From Minutocellus sp. GHC0000111 (lineage: Eukaryota), in contig OZ361259.1 in the NCBI GenBank assembly GCA_977018835.1, forward strand, positions 1 to 64,000: a DNA stretch of 64,000 nucleotides, written 5' to 3'. Shown in pieces: positions 34,174 to 46,730 of this stretch. Each line of letters starts with the position of its first letter. Positions within the stretch are counted from its first letter, which is position 1. Made by a program: the position numbers and the translations under genes. The notes below the pieces were generated by a model. It was not told where the DNA came from. It did not search any database and was given only the letters and a program-made list of their open reading frames with translations.

Positions 34174-36276
34174 TCACAAGGATTCCGCGGAGGCAATATC
34201 CCCATCCTTCTCCTTCTGCGCCATCTCGCGCAGGTAGCTCTTCTTCTTCTCACCGTCCTCGATCATCTTCTCGATCTGCTCGGCATCCTCCTTGCTCCGT
34301 TCCATGCTGACCTGGGCCGCGTGCTCATCGACGCCGACGGCATCGCCATTCGCAGCCTCGCCGTTCTGGCTGTCATCATCGCCATCGCTGCTGCTGCTGC
34401 TGTCATCCTTGCCCATCCGCTTCAGGAAGCCAAGAACGGCGTTGTCCTCCTCCTCCTCGGTGTCCTCATCGAACACACCGACCATGCGCTCCACCTTGAC
34501 GTTCGTGATGCGCTTGTCGTCGGCGTTGGTCACCTCGAAGGACCAGCCGCGGCTCATGACAAAGTCACCGACGGTGGGAATCTCACCGGCACACATGCAT
34601 AGGAATCCACTGAGGGTGCTAAACTCCTTTAGAGTTTCCTCCTCGTCAAGGCTGAGGCCCAGAATGGTATTGACATCTTCCAGGTCAGCGTCGCCTCGGA
34701 TGAGGAAGGTACCGTCCTCCTGCAGGATGATGGAGTCCTCGGCAATCTCGTAGTCTTCCTCGTCATCCTCATCGTAAATCTCACCGACAACCTCCTCAAC
34801 GATATCCTCGAGCGTCACCAAACCCTCGGTGCCACCGTACTCATCGACGACGATGGCAACGTGACCTCGACGCTTGCGCATCTCTTGGAGAACGGACCAA
34901 CCGTTGGCGGTGTCGGGGACGAAGTAGCAGGATTCGATCAAGTCGGCATCCGAGATGGTCTCCTGCATCCTGCTGGCAAGCTCGGTGCCGGTGAGGGAAC
35001 GGACGTAGGCCTCGGTGGCATCACCGCTCTTGGATCTCAAGAACAACTTTCCGATGTCCATGTCGGTATCGGCCTTGCTGTCTTCGCCTTCCTCCTCGTC
35101 CTTGACTTCCTCAACGATGCCCTTTCCTCGGTATTCGTCTTCAATGAGCACACCCTTGACGAAAAAGTCCAGCACATCCTTGGCCAAAACGATACCGACG
35201 ATGTTATCAATCTCTCCATCATAGACAGGGATACGAGAATAGCCCGACTCACGAACGACGCCCAAAACACTGGCAACGCTCATGTCCTTGGGGACCGCCA
35301 CAATCTCCACACGAGGCCGCATGACCTCCTTGATGCGCTGGTCCTGCAGATTGAGTACACCCTTGATCATCTCGCCTTCGGTGTGGTCAATGGTACCGGC
35401 ATCGCGGGCACCGGTCACAATAAGTCTGAGCTCCGAGTCGGAAACGCCCAACTCGCCAGTATCCTTGAGACCAAACAATTTGAGCGTCTTCTTGGCAATG
35501 AAGGACAGACCGATGCCGATGGGACTGACGATGGCGGCAATAATGTTGATGGGCGGGACCATCACTCGGGCCACCCTCTCGGCGTTGATCACACCAATCG
35601 ACTTGGGCAGCAACTCGACAAAGAAGAGAGTGACCGCCGTCAAAATGAGAGCACCGTACTTCTCTCCGTTGTGCCCAAACAGGTGCGTTACCAATTCGGT
35701 AAACATCATGGTGGCATAAATACTGCACGCCGTCGAAGTGACCAGGATGGTCGTCAGGACGCGGGTAATGTCCTCATTCAAAATCTTGAAGGTGCCACGT
35801 CCCTTCCCGTCGCCCATCTTTTCCTCCTCTTCGGCAAACTCCCGAACCTTCCACGGATACAGCGTGGTGATGGCAATTTCGGCCGCATGGAGCAGTGCCA
35901 GGCCAGCAAACAGCACGAACCAGAGCACACCGGCTGTGATGAGCTGTTCGCGCGTCATGGGGACCGAGGGCAGGCCGGCGCTGCTTTTGCTGAATCCACC
36001 TCCACCGGCGAGAACGGCTTTGGGCCGGAAGGCAAAGCCAGCGGCCGCCACGAGCATGGGGAGGGCCGTTCGGACCAACGCGCTGCATAGCTTTTGCGGC
36101 GTTAGGCGAGCGGTTGCATCCTTTGTGCTGGAACGAAATGGGGCAGATAATTTTGACCGTGCTCGCTTCCATACCGACTTATTATTCGAAGAATTGCCGA
36201 GAATACTCCTCTTTTGGAACCGATTGCGTATTCTTTGTGAGATCTGGTGTGTGTCGAATTGATTGTCATGGAACAA
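34174..36276 (-). CDS. CNNM/DUF21-CBS-CorC membrane protein (putative Mg2+/metal transporter)
   Basis: AAEIAITTL, ELLPKSIG, VMRPRVEIVAV, YSRIPVYDGEIDNIVGIV and IVVDEYGGTEGLVTLEDIVEEVVGEIYDE. True start uncertain. Confidence 0.9.
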   Translation of the reverse strand: MFHDNQFDTHQISQRIRNRFQKRSILGNSSNNKSVWKRARSKLSAPFRSSTKDATARLTPQKLCSALVRTALPMLVAAAGFAFRPKAVLAGGGGFSKSSAGLPSVPMTREQLITAGVLWFVLFAGLALLHAAEIAITTLYPWKVREFAEEEEKMGDGKGRGTFKILNEDITRVLTTILVTSTACSIYATMMFTELVTHLFGHNGEKYGALILTAVTLFFVELLPKSIGVINAERVARVMVPPINIIAAIVSPIGIGLSFIAKKTLKLFGLKDTGELGVSDSELRLIVTGARDAGTIDHTEGEMIKGVLNLQDQRIKEVMRPRVEIVAVPKDMSVASVLGVVRESGYSRIPVYDGEIDNIVGIVLAKDVLDFFVKGVLIEDEYRGKGIVEEVKDEEEGEDSKADTDMDIGKLFLRSKSGDATEAYVRSLTGTELASRMQETISDADLIESCYFVPDTANGWSVLQEMRKRRGHVAIVVDEYGGTEGLVTLEDIVEEVVGEIYDEDDEEDYEIAEDSIILQEDGTFLIRGDADLEDVNTILGLSLDEEETLKEFSTLSGFLCMCAGEIPTVGDFVMSRGWSFEVTNADDKRITNVKVERMVGVFDEDTEEEEDNAVLGFLKRMGKDDSSSSSDGDDDSQNGEAANGDAVGVDEHAAQVSMERSKEDAEQIEKMIEDGEKKKSYLREMAQKEKDGDIASAESL

Positions 36277-36546
36277 ATGAGTTCGTCGAGATTCGCGTTC
36301 GCTTCAAAAGATACGCGCATCACTTTGATATTTTGGAAGCGCCAACACCAGCACATCTTGTGTCTTTTCGCCCACATCAAGCGAAGAATACCATTCCATG
36401 ACACATACGAGCGTATTGGAGGCGAGCACAATTAATCGCGAGGTCTTTCGAGTGCTATCTTAAAATTCTCGGTTCGACGACGAACTTTTGCCCGTCGTCG
36501 TCGGCAGCTCCTACTACGAGCACTCTACGGACACACCTCTTCAAAC

Positions 36547-37263
36547 ATGACCGCCACATCTGCTTCAATAAAATGGACGAATCTGCGCAATGCCAAACCT
36601 CATGGCACATCGTTCCAACCCAGCACGACGGCTCTCATAATGATCGACATGCAGAGAGACTTTCTCGACCCAAATGGATTTGGCGCTGCTCTTGGGAATC
36701 CGGTAGCGAATTTATCTCCTGCGATTGAGCCCTGCAAAGCGGTTTTAACGGCGGCTCGTGATGCGGGCATGCTGGTAATCCATACCCGGGAGGGTCATCG
36801 TCCTGACTTGGCTGATCTCCACCTGCACAAGAATTCGACTCGTCGTTTGGACGGTGAGATAGATACAAGTGTTGGGTGCATAGGCTCGCAAGGCAAATTG
36901 GGCCGCATTTTGGTGCGTGGAGAGCCAGGGCATGATATCATCCCTGATCTTTATCCAAAGAATGGTGAGCCCATCATTGATAAGCCAGGCAAGGGATCAT
37001 TCTATGCTACCGACCTCGAATGCATCCTGCAAGCCAAGGGTATATCGAGTCTGATAGTGTGTGGAGTAACTTCTGAAGTTTGTGTCCATACGACTGTTCG
37101 GGAGGCAAATGATAGAGGATATCATTGTATTGTAGTAGAGGACGCATGTGCTAGTTATAGACCCGAATTTCATCGCTCTGCAATGGAAATGGTATGGAGA
37201 CAGGGTGGACTATTTGGAAGTGTGACAGACAGCAAAGAATTTGTAGCGTCGTTACAGCCATAA
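36547..37263 (+). CDS. trtA: Isochorismatase-like cysteine hydrolase of the triuret hydrolase type
   Basis: D-K-C triad in IDMQRDF, IDKPGKG and SEVCV, plus HTREGHRPDLADL. Specificity pattern GFGAALGN, E before VC, ASY, QGGL. Intact and intronless. Confidence 0.75.
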   Translation: MTATSASIKWTNLRNAKPHGTSFQPSTTALIMIDMQRDFLDPNGFGAALGNPVANLSPAIEPCKAVLTAARDAGMLVIHTREGHRPDLADLHLHKNSTRRLDGEIDTSVGCIGSQGKLGRILVRGEPGHDIIPDLYPKNGEPIIDKPGKGSFYATDLECILQAKGISSLIVCGVTSEVCVHTTVREANDRGYHCIVVEDACASYRPEFHRSAMEMVWRQGGLFGSVTDSKEFVASLQP

Positions 37264-37339
37264 ACATTGAATAGCAATGGAGGCTATGCGATAAACTAGT
37301 TTTGATCAATTTAAGGCAAATGCACAAAATAAAATGGAA

Positions 37340-38108
37340 TTACAATGCCTCTAGAACAGTATCTGAAGTAGATGTCGAGCCAAATACGCCTCCTTGCATC
37401 TTGACCATATTGACTGCCGCTGTGTGATTATTGGGATCAGTTGCTGCGCAACAATCTTCCAATAAGAGGCACTCGTATCCCATGTCATTTGCTACGCGCA
37501 TTGTGGTCTGCGATAAATAAAAAAGTGGGCGAACAAAAAATATGAGCAATGTTGATGATACAAATAGATTTCAATGAAATGCCATGTTATATCATCAATA
37601 CAAAACAAAACTTACGTGCACGCAAACATCAGTTGTGACCCCTGTAAAAATAATATTGCGAATACCCCTGGTTCGCAGGATGAGGTCAAGGCTTGTACCG
37701 ACAAAGCTTCCCTTGCCTGGCTTATCAATGATGATTTCACCATCGATTGGCTGGAGTTCTGGAATAATTTCCCACCCCTTTTCGCCTCGAACCAAAATTC
37801 TACCGCAGGGACCCTCGCTGCCGATCTCTGCTCCAATTTGTTTCGAGCGCCAAATCGTCACTCAGGTCGGGGAGATGACCTTCGCGCGTGTGGATCACGT
37901 GATATCCCTTCTCGCGACACTTGGCAAGCACTCGCTGAATTGGCTCGATGGGTTTGCGCGTGTGGAGCTCATACCCCATTGTGTCAACATAGCCACCTTT
38001 CGAGCAGAAATCCACTTGCATGTCAATGACAATAAGGGCAGTGTTGGAGGGAGTCAGCTTTCCATCGTAGGGCCAATTGTAGGGATCGCCTTTGATGTAC
38101 TTGGACAT
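37340..38108 (-). pseudogene. biuH: Biuret hydrolase, two exons, frameshifted at ~37856
   Basis: [70 protein letters not shown] (intron 37508-37615), CAATD and KMQGGVFG. The usual LPANK-like segment is missing at the frameshift. Confidence 0.85.
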
Positions 38109-38850
38109 GATATGTTTATTCTTGCGACCGCCACAGAAGATACCACAAGAAAGTCTTCGGCAAAGCTATTTGAACCGTCGATGATATGCAGACGTACTAC
38201 GGGGCCACTCGACTCGTTCTGCTTCTATGCTTCCGTCGATTTGCGATGAACAAGTCAGCAGAAAGCGTTCGGCAAGATCTTTATTTTTCCAGGGGATTTA
38301 CCCCCGATGCATTCAATATTTTCCGCTATAAAAACCTCGCCCAGCTACATACAAAAGAAAATTTTTTACGTTCGAGGTCTAGAGGGCACTAAATCTGATA
38401 CAACCTGAAAATTAAAAGTAGGTAACCCCCTGTATCCAAAGAAACTCAAACTTCGCATTCGGATGCAGAATTTTGTGATCACCCATCCTCATTCTTCACT
38501 ACTAGTACCAACCAAGAACTCGCACAAACGCAGGGATCGCTCGATATCGACCCCTTGCAACGTTTGGAGAGGTGAGATATTGAGCTACGCAGCATTCCTC
38601 TAGACAGAGAGACGAGCCGATCTCGTATCTTTTGCGAACGCGTCAAATATTTCCGTCGCGCGTCGACAGTCAGTTCGCACAAGATCTTTGTGTCGCTCCT
38701 TGTTCTTCGACGATGCCTACGAACTCATCTCATTCATTTAGCTCATTCTAATAATGTTCATCTGTTCTGGCCGCACTTCTCCTTGCCTTTTTACCTCAGT
38801 TAGAATTTTCTTTCTTGTACACCCTTTCTGATCGCATTGACAAAGGCAAC

Positions 38851-40846
38851 ATGAGCGACGTGCCGCAATTCTTCGGCATCACCTTTGGGTCAGGAGACTT
38901 TATCGGTCTCTTTTCCCTGTTCTTCGACAACCTGTCGACTCTTCTCGGCCTTTCCTTTGCCATCCTTGGTCTCTCGTCGACATCGACGATCCTCCCTGAT
39001 ATCGTCTTCAAGCGCATCGTCCCAGCTGCTGGGATCATGCTCTTCCTTGGCAACTGCTACTACACTCATCAAGCCATCCGTATGACGAAGAAGTACAACC
39101 GTCCTTACACGGCGCAGCCCTATGGTCTGAATACCGCCGGTGGCTTCCCCTTTGTATTTGGTATTATCTACGGAGTCTACTATGCTTACTCTCCAGTCTG
39201 TACCGAGGCTGGATGCCCGGCTGATTCTGGCTTTGCCGATCCCCTCTCCGAGGAGAACTAGGCCTACCGCGTAGAATTGGCTTGGAAGGTTTGTGTCAGT
39301 GCCAACTTCCTCACCGGTCTAATCAACATCTTCCTTGGCTTCTTTGGCCAGCTGCTTCTCAAGGCCTTCCCCGTCGCCGCCATGCTTGTCCCGCTCGCCG
39401 GCATTGGTTTCACTTGGCTTGCTCTGAATCAGATCGCTCCAACTTCGAGACGCCTGCCATCGGTCTCATCCCCGTCTACCTTATCTTCACGCAATATTAT
39501 GGTTTGGGCCGCTTCCATATCTGCAAGGGTTGGTATGTCCCGGAAGCTCTTCCTGTCGCCATCTTTGGCATTGTAGCAGGCTGGGCTTATGGACTCCAGA
39601 GTGGAGTTGCTCCCCCCGTCACCCCCGGTGCCTGGATCGGCGGCGCATTCTATGAAGGATTTAGAGACATTGGCCCCTACATTGGCGTCGTGCTCCCCTT
39701 TTCAATCGCTGCTAGTTTCACTGACATGATGTGCCTTGTAAGTGCTCAGAAGGCTGGAGACCCATACCCCATTCGCGAGACCATGATCAGTGATGGAATT
39801 GGAACGCTTCTTGGTGCCATCCTTGGCTCTCCTTTTGGTACTGTCATCTACATCGGCCATCCCGTCCACAAGCGCGTCGGAGCCCGTACTGGCTACTCCA
39901 TCATGAACGGAGTCATTTATCTGATCATTTGCCTCGTAGGTATTGTGCCTTCCATTCTATCTCTCATCCCAGCCATTGCCATTGGACCCGTCATCTTCAT
40001 CTTTGGATTGATGATTTGTGAGGAATGCACCAAGCACATTAACCAACGCCACCACAGCGCAATCTTTTTCGGTATATTCTTTGGTATTGCTGACTACATC
40101 TATACTGCCTTCCAGCCGTCAGCTACGAACAACGGCATCAATGCCATGAGCAAGGGTAGCGCTCTTGCGTCCATGCTGTGGGTTAGTATCATTGTCTATA
40201 CCACTGACCGTCGCTGGGTGCGAGCTGCAATCTTTTCTACTGGTAAGTGAGGTTTTTATTATTTGTTTATGCGTGGTATTCGGGCAAAAAGCATTTTCTC
40301 ACATCGGTGCCTTCTCGTTATTTCTTTTCAGTCGCCGCCTTCTTCGCTGGGTGTGGAATTATCCACCAAAATGCGGCCTTCCAGAATTTTACCACTGGAT
40401 TCCAGGGTATTCCCAACTCATCCCCGGCTCAGTTTATGGCTGGATACTTGAGCATGGCTGCTGTCGCACTGATTATGTTTGCTCTCCAGAAATTTCAGGG
40501 CAAGAAAACGGAGCCCGGCGAACCTGGATACGCCAGCGACCATGGCTATCTTCCGCCTATCAAAGAGAAGGGAGTTGACAATCTCTTCAAGACTTGGTGG
40601 GACCCAGCAACCGAAAAATTGGATGCCGACGAGACCACCAAGTTTGGAGACGAAGCCTTCGCCGACGAGGAAGAAGACCTTGAGGGCATCAACAAGCCCA
40701 AGAAGGGCAAGCGTCTCGCCGGTGCCGAGTCTATGGGTGTTGGCGTCCCCGTTCTTACGCCTGCTCGTGCTTTCAAAGATCCTGCCGTGCCCGAAGAGCC
40801 TATTCCCGAGTCCACCGAGGAAGAAGGCAAGGTTGAAGAGCCCTAG
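38851..40846 (+). pseudogene. NCS2/AzgA-like nucleobase-type permease, with an in-frame TAG and a 1-nt frameshift
   Basis: Many TM segments with GD..GLF.LFFDNL, TAQPYGLNT and AGDPY..RETMI.DGIGTL.GA..GSPF...IYIGHP..K..GAR.GYS. Intron 40243-40331. TAG at 39259-39261 and one base missing at ~39440. Confidence 0.82.
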
Positions 40847-40998
40847 ATACCCCCTCCCCTTTATCTATTTTTGTTTTGAATTGCATTTATCGTAATTTAT
40901 GGCAGAGAATCTTCTTTTGCCTTTTTGATTTTGAGATTATCAGTCCACATGTACACTTATTTGACGTGGACGATTTTTTATAACATAGCACACAAAAT

Positions 40999-42498
40999 TT
41001 AACCGGCTGAAATCATCTTCGACTGGCGCAACCGGGCCAATTCCTCCTTCTTTTCTCTACGGAGCCCTTTCGCAATTATATAACAACAGTAGAAGCACGG
41101 TAGGCATGCAAGCAAATAGAATAGATTCGGAACAAAGAAGTTTCCGTCGAGCTGCTGAACCGCAGCATTTGATAGAGGAATGTTTATCAGACCGAGAAGG
41201 CCTCCTCCGAGAATTAAGAAACCATAGCTTTTGCCAACAACCTCTCCCGACATGAAGGCAGGAAGGCACGAAAAGCTCACACTGAACAAGAAACACCTAT
41301 AGAAGGAATAGAACACAAAGCCGATGATCTGAACATTCAGGTTCGCGGAAGATACCTGGACAATGCCTTGAATGATGGCAAGAAGGTTGACAACTCCCAA
41401 GCCGACACCATATCCATATCTTTGTAAGATGATGTCGACAAAAGGTAGTCCCAAGACAGATGCTGGTGTGAGGAGAGTAAATATCTTCAAGTAGCGATTA
41501 CCAGTCTCATCATCGCCAAGGTAGGCCAAGAAGTCACGTGTTGTAGTAAGGACCCAGATATTTCTTGATTGATGAAAAGCAAAGAATATTGCCAGAAATG
41601 TATAAGTTGATGAAAGGAACTGTTTCATCGGCGGTCTGTCGGCAATCATGATGTAAGATTCTCTCGGATTTTCTAACCTAGCAGTGTCATCAGATACAAA
41701 CATGTCATCGTCTAAATTGTTTGGTGCATCTTCTTGATCTTTTGTATCGCCGGCAGTTTCACCAGAAGCCACCATGTCGTTATCACTATTATTTTTGCCG
41801 TCGTCTTCTTTTGCTATTATTAAGTGGTCAACAAATATCCAGCAAATTGCAGCAATACCGACAATAAAGACAAAGACACACAAATATATCAGCATAAGCG
41901 CTGGTAGCTCCAACGAAGAATTCTGCTCGATCTGATACAACACCAAGTAAGTTATCGCCCCAGCATCAAAGAGGGCGTTCAATCCAGATATTGCGCGGTT
42001 CCTATCTCTGCCTTGTTGATAGGTCAGCCCGGTTTGTACTGTAAAGAGTCCACCTACATTCGCCATGAATCCGAGCAAAATAAAGGCTGGGAATAACATT
42101 GCATTGATGCGAAAGTAGGTCGCTGCTGCCAAAAGTGCGAGACCAGACGCCCCAAACAAAAACATTATCACTATCATAACGAATGGGCCAAACTTGTCCA
42201 CTGAAGCACCGAGCAATGGGCTGCTAATCAATGTGAGCTGCCCAACAAATTGCACATTGAGAAGAGTTGCCGTCTGATCTGGGCAGGGATATGGCTCGTC
42301 CTCAGAACAAAGACTTGCGAACGAGCCATAATCTTCAAGCATAAGCTGCATGGGACCATAGCCAAAGAATGCTCCACAGTAAAGAAAGATATAGAGAGCA
42401 GTGGCTGTGAAGAGAGCTGAGCGGACGTGGTGTTTGGGTTTGGGTTCTGTTTCGTCTGGCGGGGATTGAGATTGGTTGAGTTCATTTTGGCTCTCCAT
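40999..42498 (-). CDS. MFS transporter, SLC43/LAT3-like
   Basis: 499 aa with about 12 hydrophobic segments in two halves; GAFFGYG and LG..VDKFGP. Confidence 0.75.
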   Translation of the reverse strand: MESQNELNQSQSPPDETEPKPKHHVRSALFTATALYIFLYCGAFFGYGPMQLMLEDYGSFASLCSEDEPYPCPDQTATLLNVQFVGQLTLISSPLLGASVDKFGPFVMIVIMFLFGASGLALLAAATYFRINAMLFPAFILLGFMANVGGLFTVQTGLTYQQGRDRNRAISGLNALFDAGAITYLVLYQIEQNSSLELPALMLIYLCVFVFIVGIAAICWIFVDHLIIAKEDDGKNNSDNDMVASGETAGDTKDQEDAPNNLDDDMFVSDDTARLENPRESYIMIADRPPMKQFLSSTYTFLAIFFAFHQSRNIWVLTTTRDFLAYLGDDETGNRYLKIFTLLTPASVLGLPFVDIILQRYGYGVGLGVVNLLAIIQGIVQVSSANLNVQIIGFVFYSFYRCFLFSVSFSCLPAFMSGEVVGKSYGFLILGGGLLGLINIPLSNAAVQQLDGNFFVPNLFYLLACLPCFYCCYIIAKGLRREKKEELARLRQSKMISAG

Positions 42499-42905
42499 TA
42501 TGCCACCGCCCCCTCAATTCGCTGCAATAATTTATTACTTGCGCTTTCAATGCAATAGACTCGGGATGAATGCGTAGCTCGTAGAGGTCCATGCATCGAC
42601 AGCGGCCGCTTCGACGCTTGGCCATCTTCGTCATGCTTGTCATGGCTCTGCGCCGGAATTTGGGTCGAATCCAAAAACCAGAATTCGGCATTGGAGTACT
42701 TTCACCGAATGTCAAGAGCCGCCGGTCGTCCGGCCATCTCGGAGCAGGCCGGCGGTGCCGCAATTGTACCGGTAGTAGATCTAGAGATCTACCACATTGA
42801 CGATGATGTAGGCTTTCAAGGCGTTTAAGGAGTTATACATGTATATAGAAACAATACAAATGCCATCCTTCTTGATCTGCAAAACAAACGCTGCCACCAG
42901 CATCA

Positions 42906-45766
42906 TCATTGAACGGTGTCGGCCGCACAGCATGTCAAACCAAAGATGGATATCGGTTCCTCTCGAGAAAGTAGTGACGTAACAATGCCGCCCTTGGATT
43001 GCGATTTCGTTGCGCTACTTGACCTTGAACCATTCGCCAGCAGTTTTGCTTCAGCATCGTCCTGCCATCTCCACCAATAATTGTACGCCTCAACCTTTTC
43101 ACCATTGGCGCTCTTGGCAATATTATTGGCAATCAAGACATCATCGATTGCCCCCAGATTTCGCACCTTGGTGCTCCCGAACGACATTTGTTGTGCTGCC
43201 AATAATGCGGTGGGAAAGGGACTGATTGAGGAACTGTTGTCCCATGGTGCCTTGTCAGTGCCCTTTTTGGGGGCTCGGCTTCGAAGGATTGGTCGGTCGA
43301 ATATGTCATCCCTCGGAATAGCCCCGGGCATTCTTTTCTCTACAACTATGGAGTCCAAATCGCGTTTGATCTCAAGTGGAAGATCATAGTCCCAAGCCTT
43401 GACAATGACGCCGTTGGATATGTCATCTTTGACCTCACCCTCAAAGATGAGAAATTGCATTCTCAACATGAGCTGGCTTGCGGCGTGCCGTCCTGCCGGA
43501 GTTACGTCATCGCAATGCAAATACGACGTGAAGATTTTTTCTGCCTGATTACCAAACCGAAAGTGCTCCGGCAAAAAGGGGTGCTTGAATCCAAAGTTGG
43601 AGAGCAGATACAAGGAGAAGCAGGCATGTTCGGCTGCCTCTGGGTCGATAGTTGAAGAGCCAAGGACCGCATGCTGCGCCAAAGCAAGAAGAAGGAGGGC
43701 ATTCAGTCTTATGCCGACATTGGTAGCAATTGTTCTCTGATTCTCTGCGCTGGTAAGGATGCATCGGATGGCGCACAAAACATTCTTGGCCGAATATGTT
43801 GCCGCCGAATAACCGCCCCGTCCTTCCTTGGCCCGATGACGCAACGCATTGGCCAACAACTCCACGAGCAATGGCGCCTCGGACGAATTGGTCAGCATCG
43901 AGGATCGCTCCGTTCGAGAATAATACGCCGTCGTTTCCGAACTTGCTCGATTCTGACCAAAGTGCCCCTCGCTGGCAAGTAGGAAAGCCACCGCCATTCG
44001 TGCCTTGAGGCATTGGAATGCCAGTTGCTTATGTTGGTCCGTCTCGGCGGGTCGACCTCTCAATCGCTTTGTAGCTGTCTTGATGATGGTGCCCAGTGGC
44101 CTGGCGGCATCAAATTCGCGCAAATACGGCCTTGCCGCCGATACCGCCGACATGTTGAGTATGGTAAACAACGCAGCATCCTGCAGGGAGTTGGCATCCC
44201 ACATTGATGGATCGTTGGCCAACTCTGCTTGGGATTCCTCCTCTTCACCATTCCAAACGCAAGTCGATCCACAGGCAAGACCGGGCGCATCATCTCCTCC
44301 CGCTCCCGCTCCTCCTGTTCTGGCACTGGCACCACCGTTTGCGGTTCCATCCACAATGCCATTTGACATCATTATCGTCATCCGAGCCACTCACGGTCAC
44401 AAACTTGAGAATTAGCGGTACGATGGACGTTTCCATCAGTGCATGGGCCGCCAGGGGATCCTTGGAGGGTCGGGTGAGATTCTTCAGCGCGCACAGGCAC
44501 CACCGCGCCGTCTCGGCGTACATGAGATGGCCGGAATCGAACACCGCCAGGCCTGCCTCCGGATACGGCCGGTCCACCAACGACGGGCGGTACTTGCGAT
44601 CCTCCGACAGCGCGGCCGCCAGCAGCTTGCGCGGGCTGAGGTTGATCTCCTCGGCCCCCGTCCGGCCCATGTATTTGATGGTGTGGTCGTTCGGGTCGAT
44701 CAGTGGCGGCCGTGCGGCGTGTTCCTCCGGCGTCAGCGTTGCCATGAGCAGCGTGTACGACAGCGCATCGACCAGCTGCACCGAGGACGACGGTGCCACC
44801 AGTTCCCTCCGCAGGTCGGCATCGGCAAAGCTGAGGTTGACCAGCACGATGGCCATGAGGTGGCACGACGGGTCGATGCACAAGAGGCGCGATAGCAAAT
44901 GAGCCCCGCCGTGGTCCATGGCAATGAGCTGGCACGAAATTGTAAAATGCGGGGGATAAAATTTCGCGTGAGATGAAGCAACACAAACTTGGAATTGCAT
45001 TGCAACAACTTTTATATCCAAGCGCATACTCAAAATGCATGCTACCAACTCACCCTCTTGTTGTCGGTGGGGATGCTAATGTTGTTGAGCACCAGCAAAG
45101 CCAGATACTGCTCGCTGCTGCCCCGCTCGCACCGCCTCAAGAAGCCCAGCAAAACCGGCACCAGCCGTCCCCCGTCCTGCCGGACCATGGCCGTGAAGTT
45201 GCTTCGCTTTCCGATGGGGGCTTGCCGCCGTTGACGGTGCTCCCACCGTTGTTGCCGCCGTGCTCGGACAGAGAAAAGAGAGTCCGCAAGGCCCTCGCGG
45301 GAACGTCCCCGGAGGCCGTGGGGGCGGTCTCCAGGTCGCGCACAAGGCCGGGGATGAGGGCCATCGAGGGGTTGACGCCCGCAGAGTTGTCGGCGGTGGG
45401 AGTCAGCGCCGCGGCTGCACCGGCTGCGCCTGTGGCTGTATAACCGTCCGATGACGACGACGACGGATGGTGATGGGCGTGCTCCTTGTTCATCCGCCGA
45501 TGCGGATTCTTGCCGCGGTAGTGGTAGTCGTGCTCCCCTTGTGCGGCGGCGGCGGTGCGATGCGCGCCACTGCTGATGCTATTGCCGTTCATGGTGCTCC
45601 CCAGGTAGCTGCTGCCGTTGCCGAGGGTGCTGCCGCCGCCATGATTAATACTATCCTGCGGTGCGGGCCGGTGGCGGCTGCCATTCCGGGTGCTGGCGCT
45701 GGAGGACGACGTGCCGCCGCCGCCGCCGCCCTGCTTGGTCTTTTTCATCTTTTTGAGGAATCCCAT
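42906..45766 (-). pseudogene. ARM-repeat-like protein with one intron and about three frameshifts
   Basis: Fragments join as RALRTLFSLSE..LVPVLLGFL..YLALLVLNNISIP.DNKR|LIAMDHGG..LVNLSF..WCLCALKNLTR. Intron 44929-45053. Frame breaks near 45170-45210 and ~44360. Confidence 0.6.
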
Positions 45767-46730
45767 CTTGGAACTAATCAAGGATATGGGATGAGGAGCC
45801 GGCTAGACGTTGTCAGTTGTGCCGTTTCCCCAAGCAATGCTCGTATCAGTATTGCTGAATTGATGGCCAAGTCCCGAAAAGGAGCACCGACAAGACTTGA
45901 CCTGCAATTTTTGGTTTTTCGCGCCACACACGAGATGTGCCGATTTTTTTTTCAAATGCACTCCTCCGCGAAAGATACAAGGCCGAAGGCCTGAGGATTA
46001 GATATACGTTCCTCAATGGCAATGCGCCGATACGGGGAGACTGCTTGCTCAACGCGCAACGTGGCCGCCTTGCACCACCAATTCGATCAAAATAAATTGG
46101 CGCCATCGCATTGCTTGGCGGAGGCGCCACGACGGGCAGGAGATTTGAGATTTGGCAAGCCTGCCGGGCCTTCACCATGCATGACATTGTGGGTATTTTT
46201 GAGGAGATATTCGTCGTTTTACCACCTCATCGTAGCGTCACAGAAAGCACTTTGCTGCGTCCATGTCGGTCGAGCGGGTCCATTTTGAGCGAAGAGAAAC
46301 CAATCGACCGCCAAAACCGCCAGCGAGAGCTGCAGAGCGAGGGCGGCACAAAAATGGCCACGGCCACCCGGAGACGTCAACGTGAAAGCGCCTCCGATAC
46401 ATTGACCAGAGACTTGAGAGATACGACCGACTCGGCGTGCGTGGCCGATACAGAGTCAGGCAGACGCTCTTCCAAACCGTCGGTTTGTGGCAAGGGAGGG
46501 TGAATTTGGTTTCATTCAAAGCCAGGTTCAGTCGTCCTTTGGCCTTGCCCGGACTGGACTGCATCTCTCTCGTCGATCGGTCTTTTTGCGAGACGTGACG
46601 TGACTTGATTTTCGACGGTGCCCTTACCTTGGCCGCATTGCTATTGAGATACACTTTGCAGCAAGCAGTGCAAGGGCTCTGGCCGACTGTATTTTCAAGT
46701 GAACATCGGGAGATCGAACGAAGTACCAAA

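Noticed and set aside
34861..36090. 409-aa + strand ORF
   Set aside because: Antisense shadow of the CNNM/CBS gene.
36547..38108. Bacterial contamination as the source of trtA/biuH
   Set aside because: biuH has a canonical GTAAGT..CAG intron that restores VCVH|TTMR, and the flanking genes are eukaryotic.
6154..39261. Alternative genetic code explaining the in-frame stops
   Set aside because: The three stops are TAA, TGA and TAG, all three also end ORFs normally in this window, and frameshifts co-occur. Decay or error is simpler.
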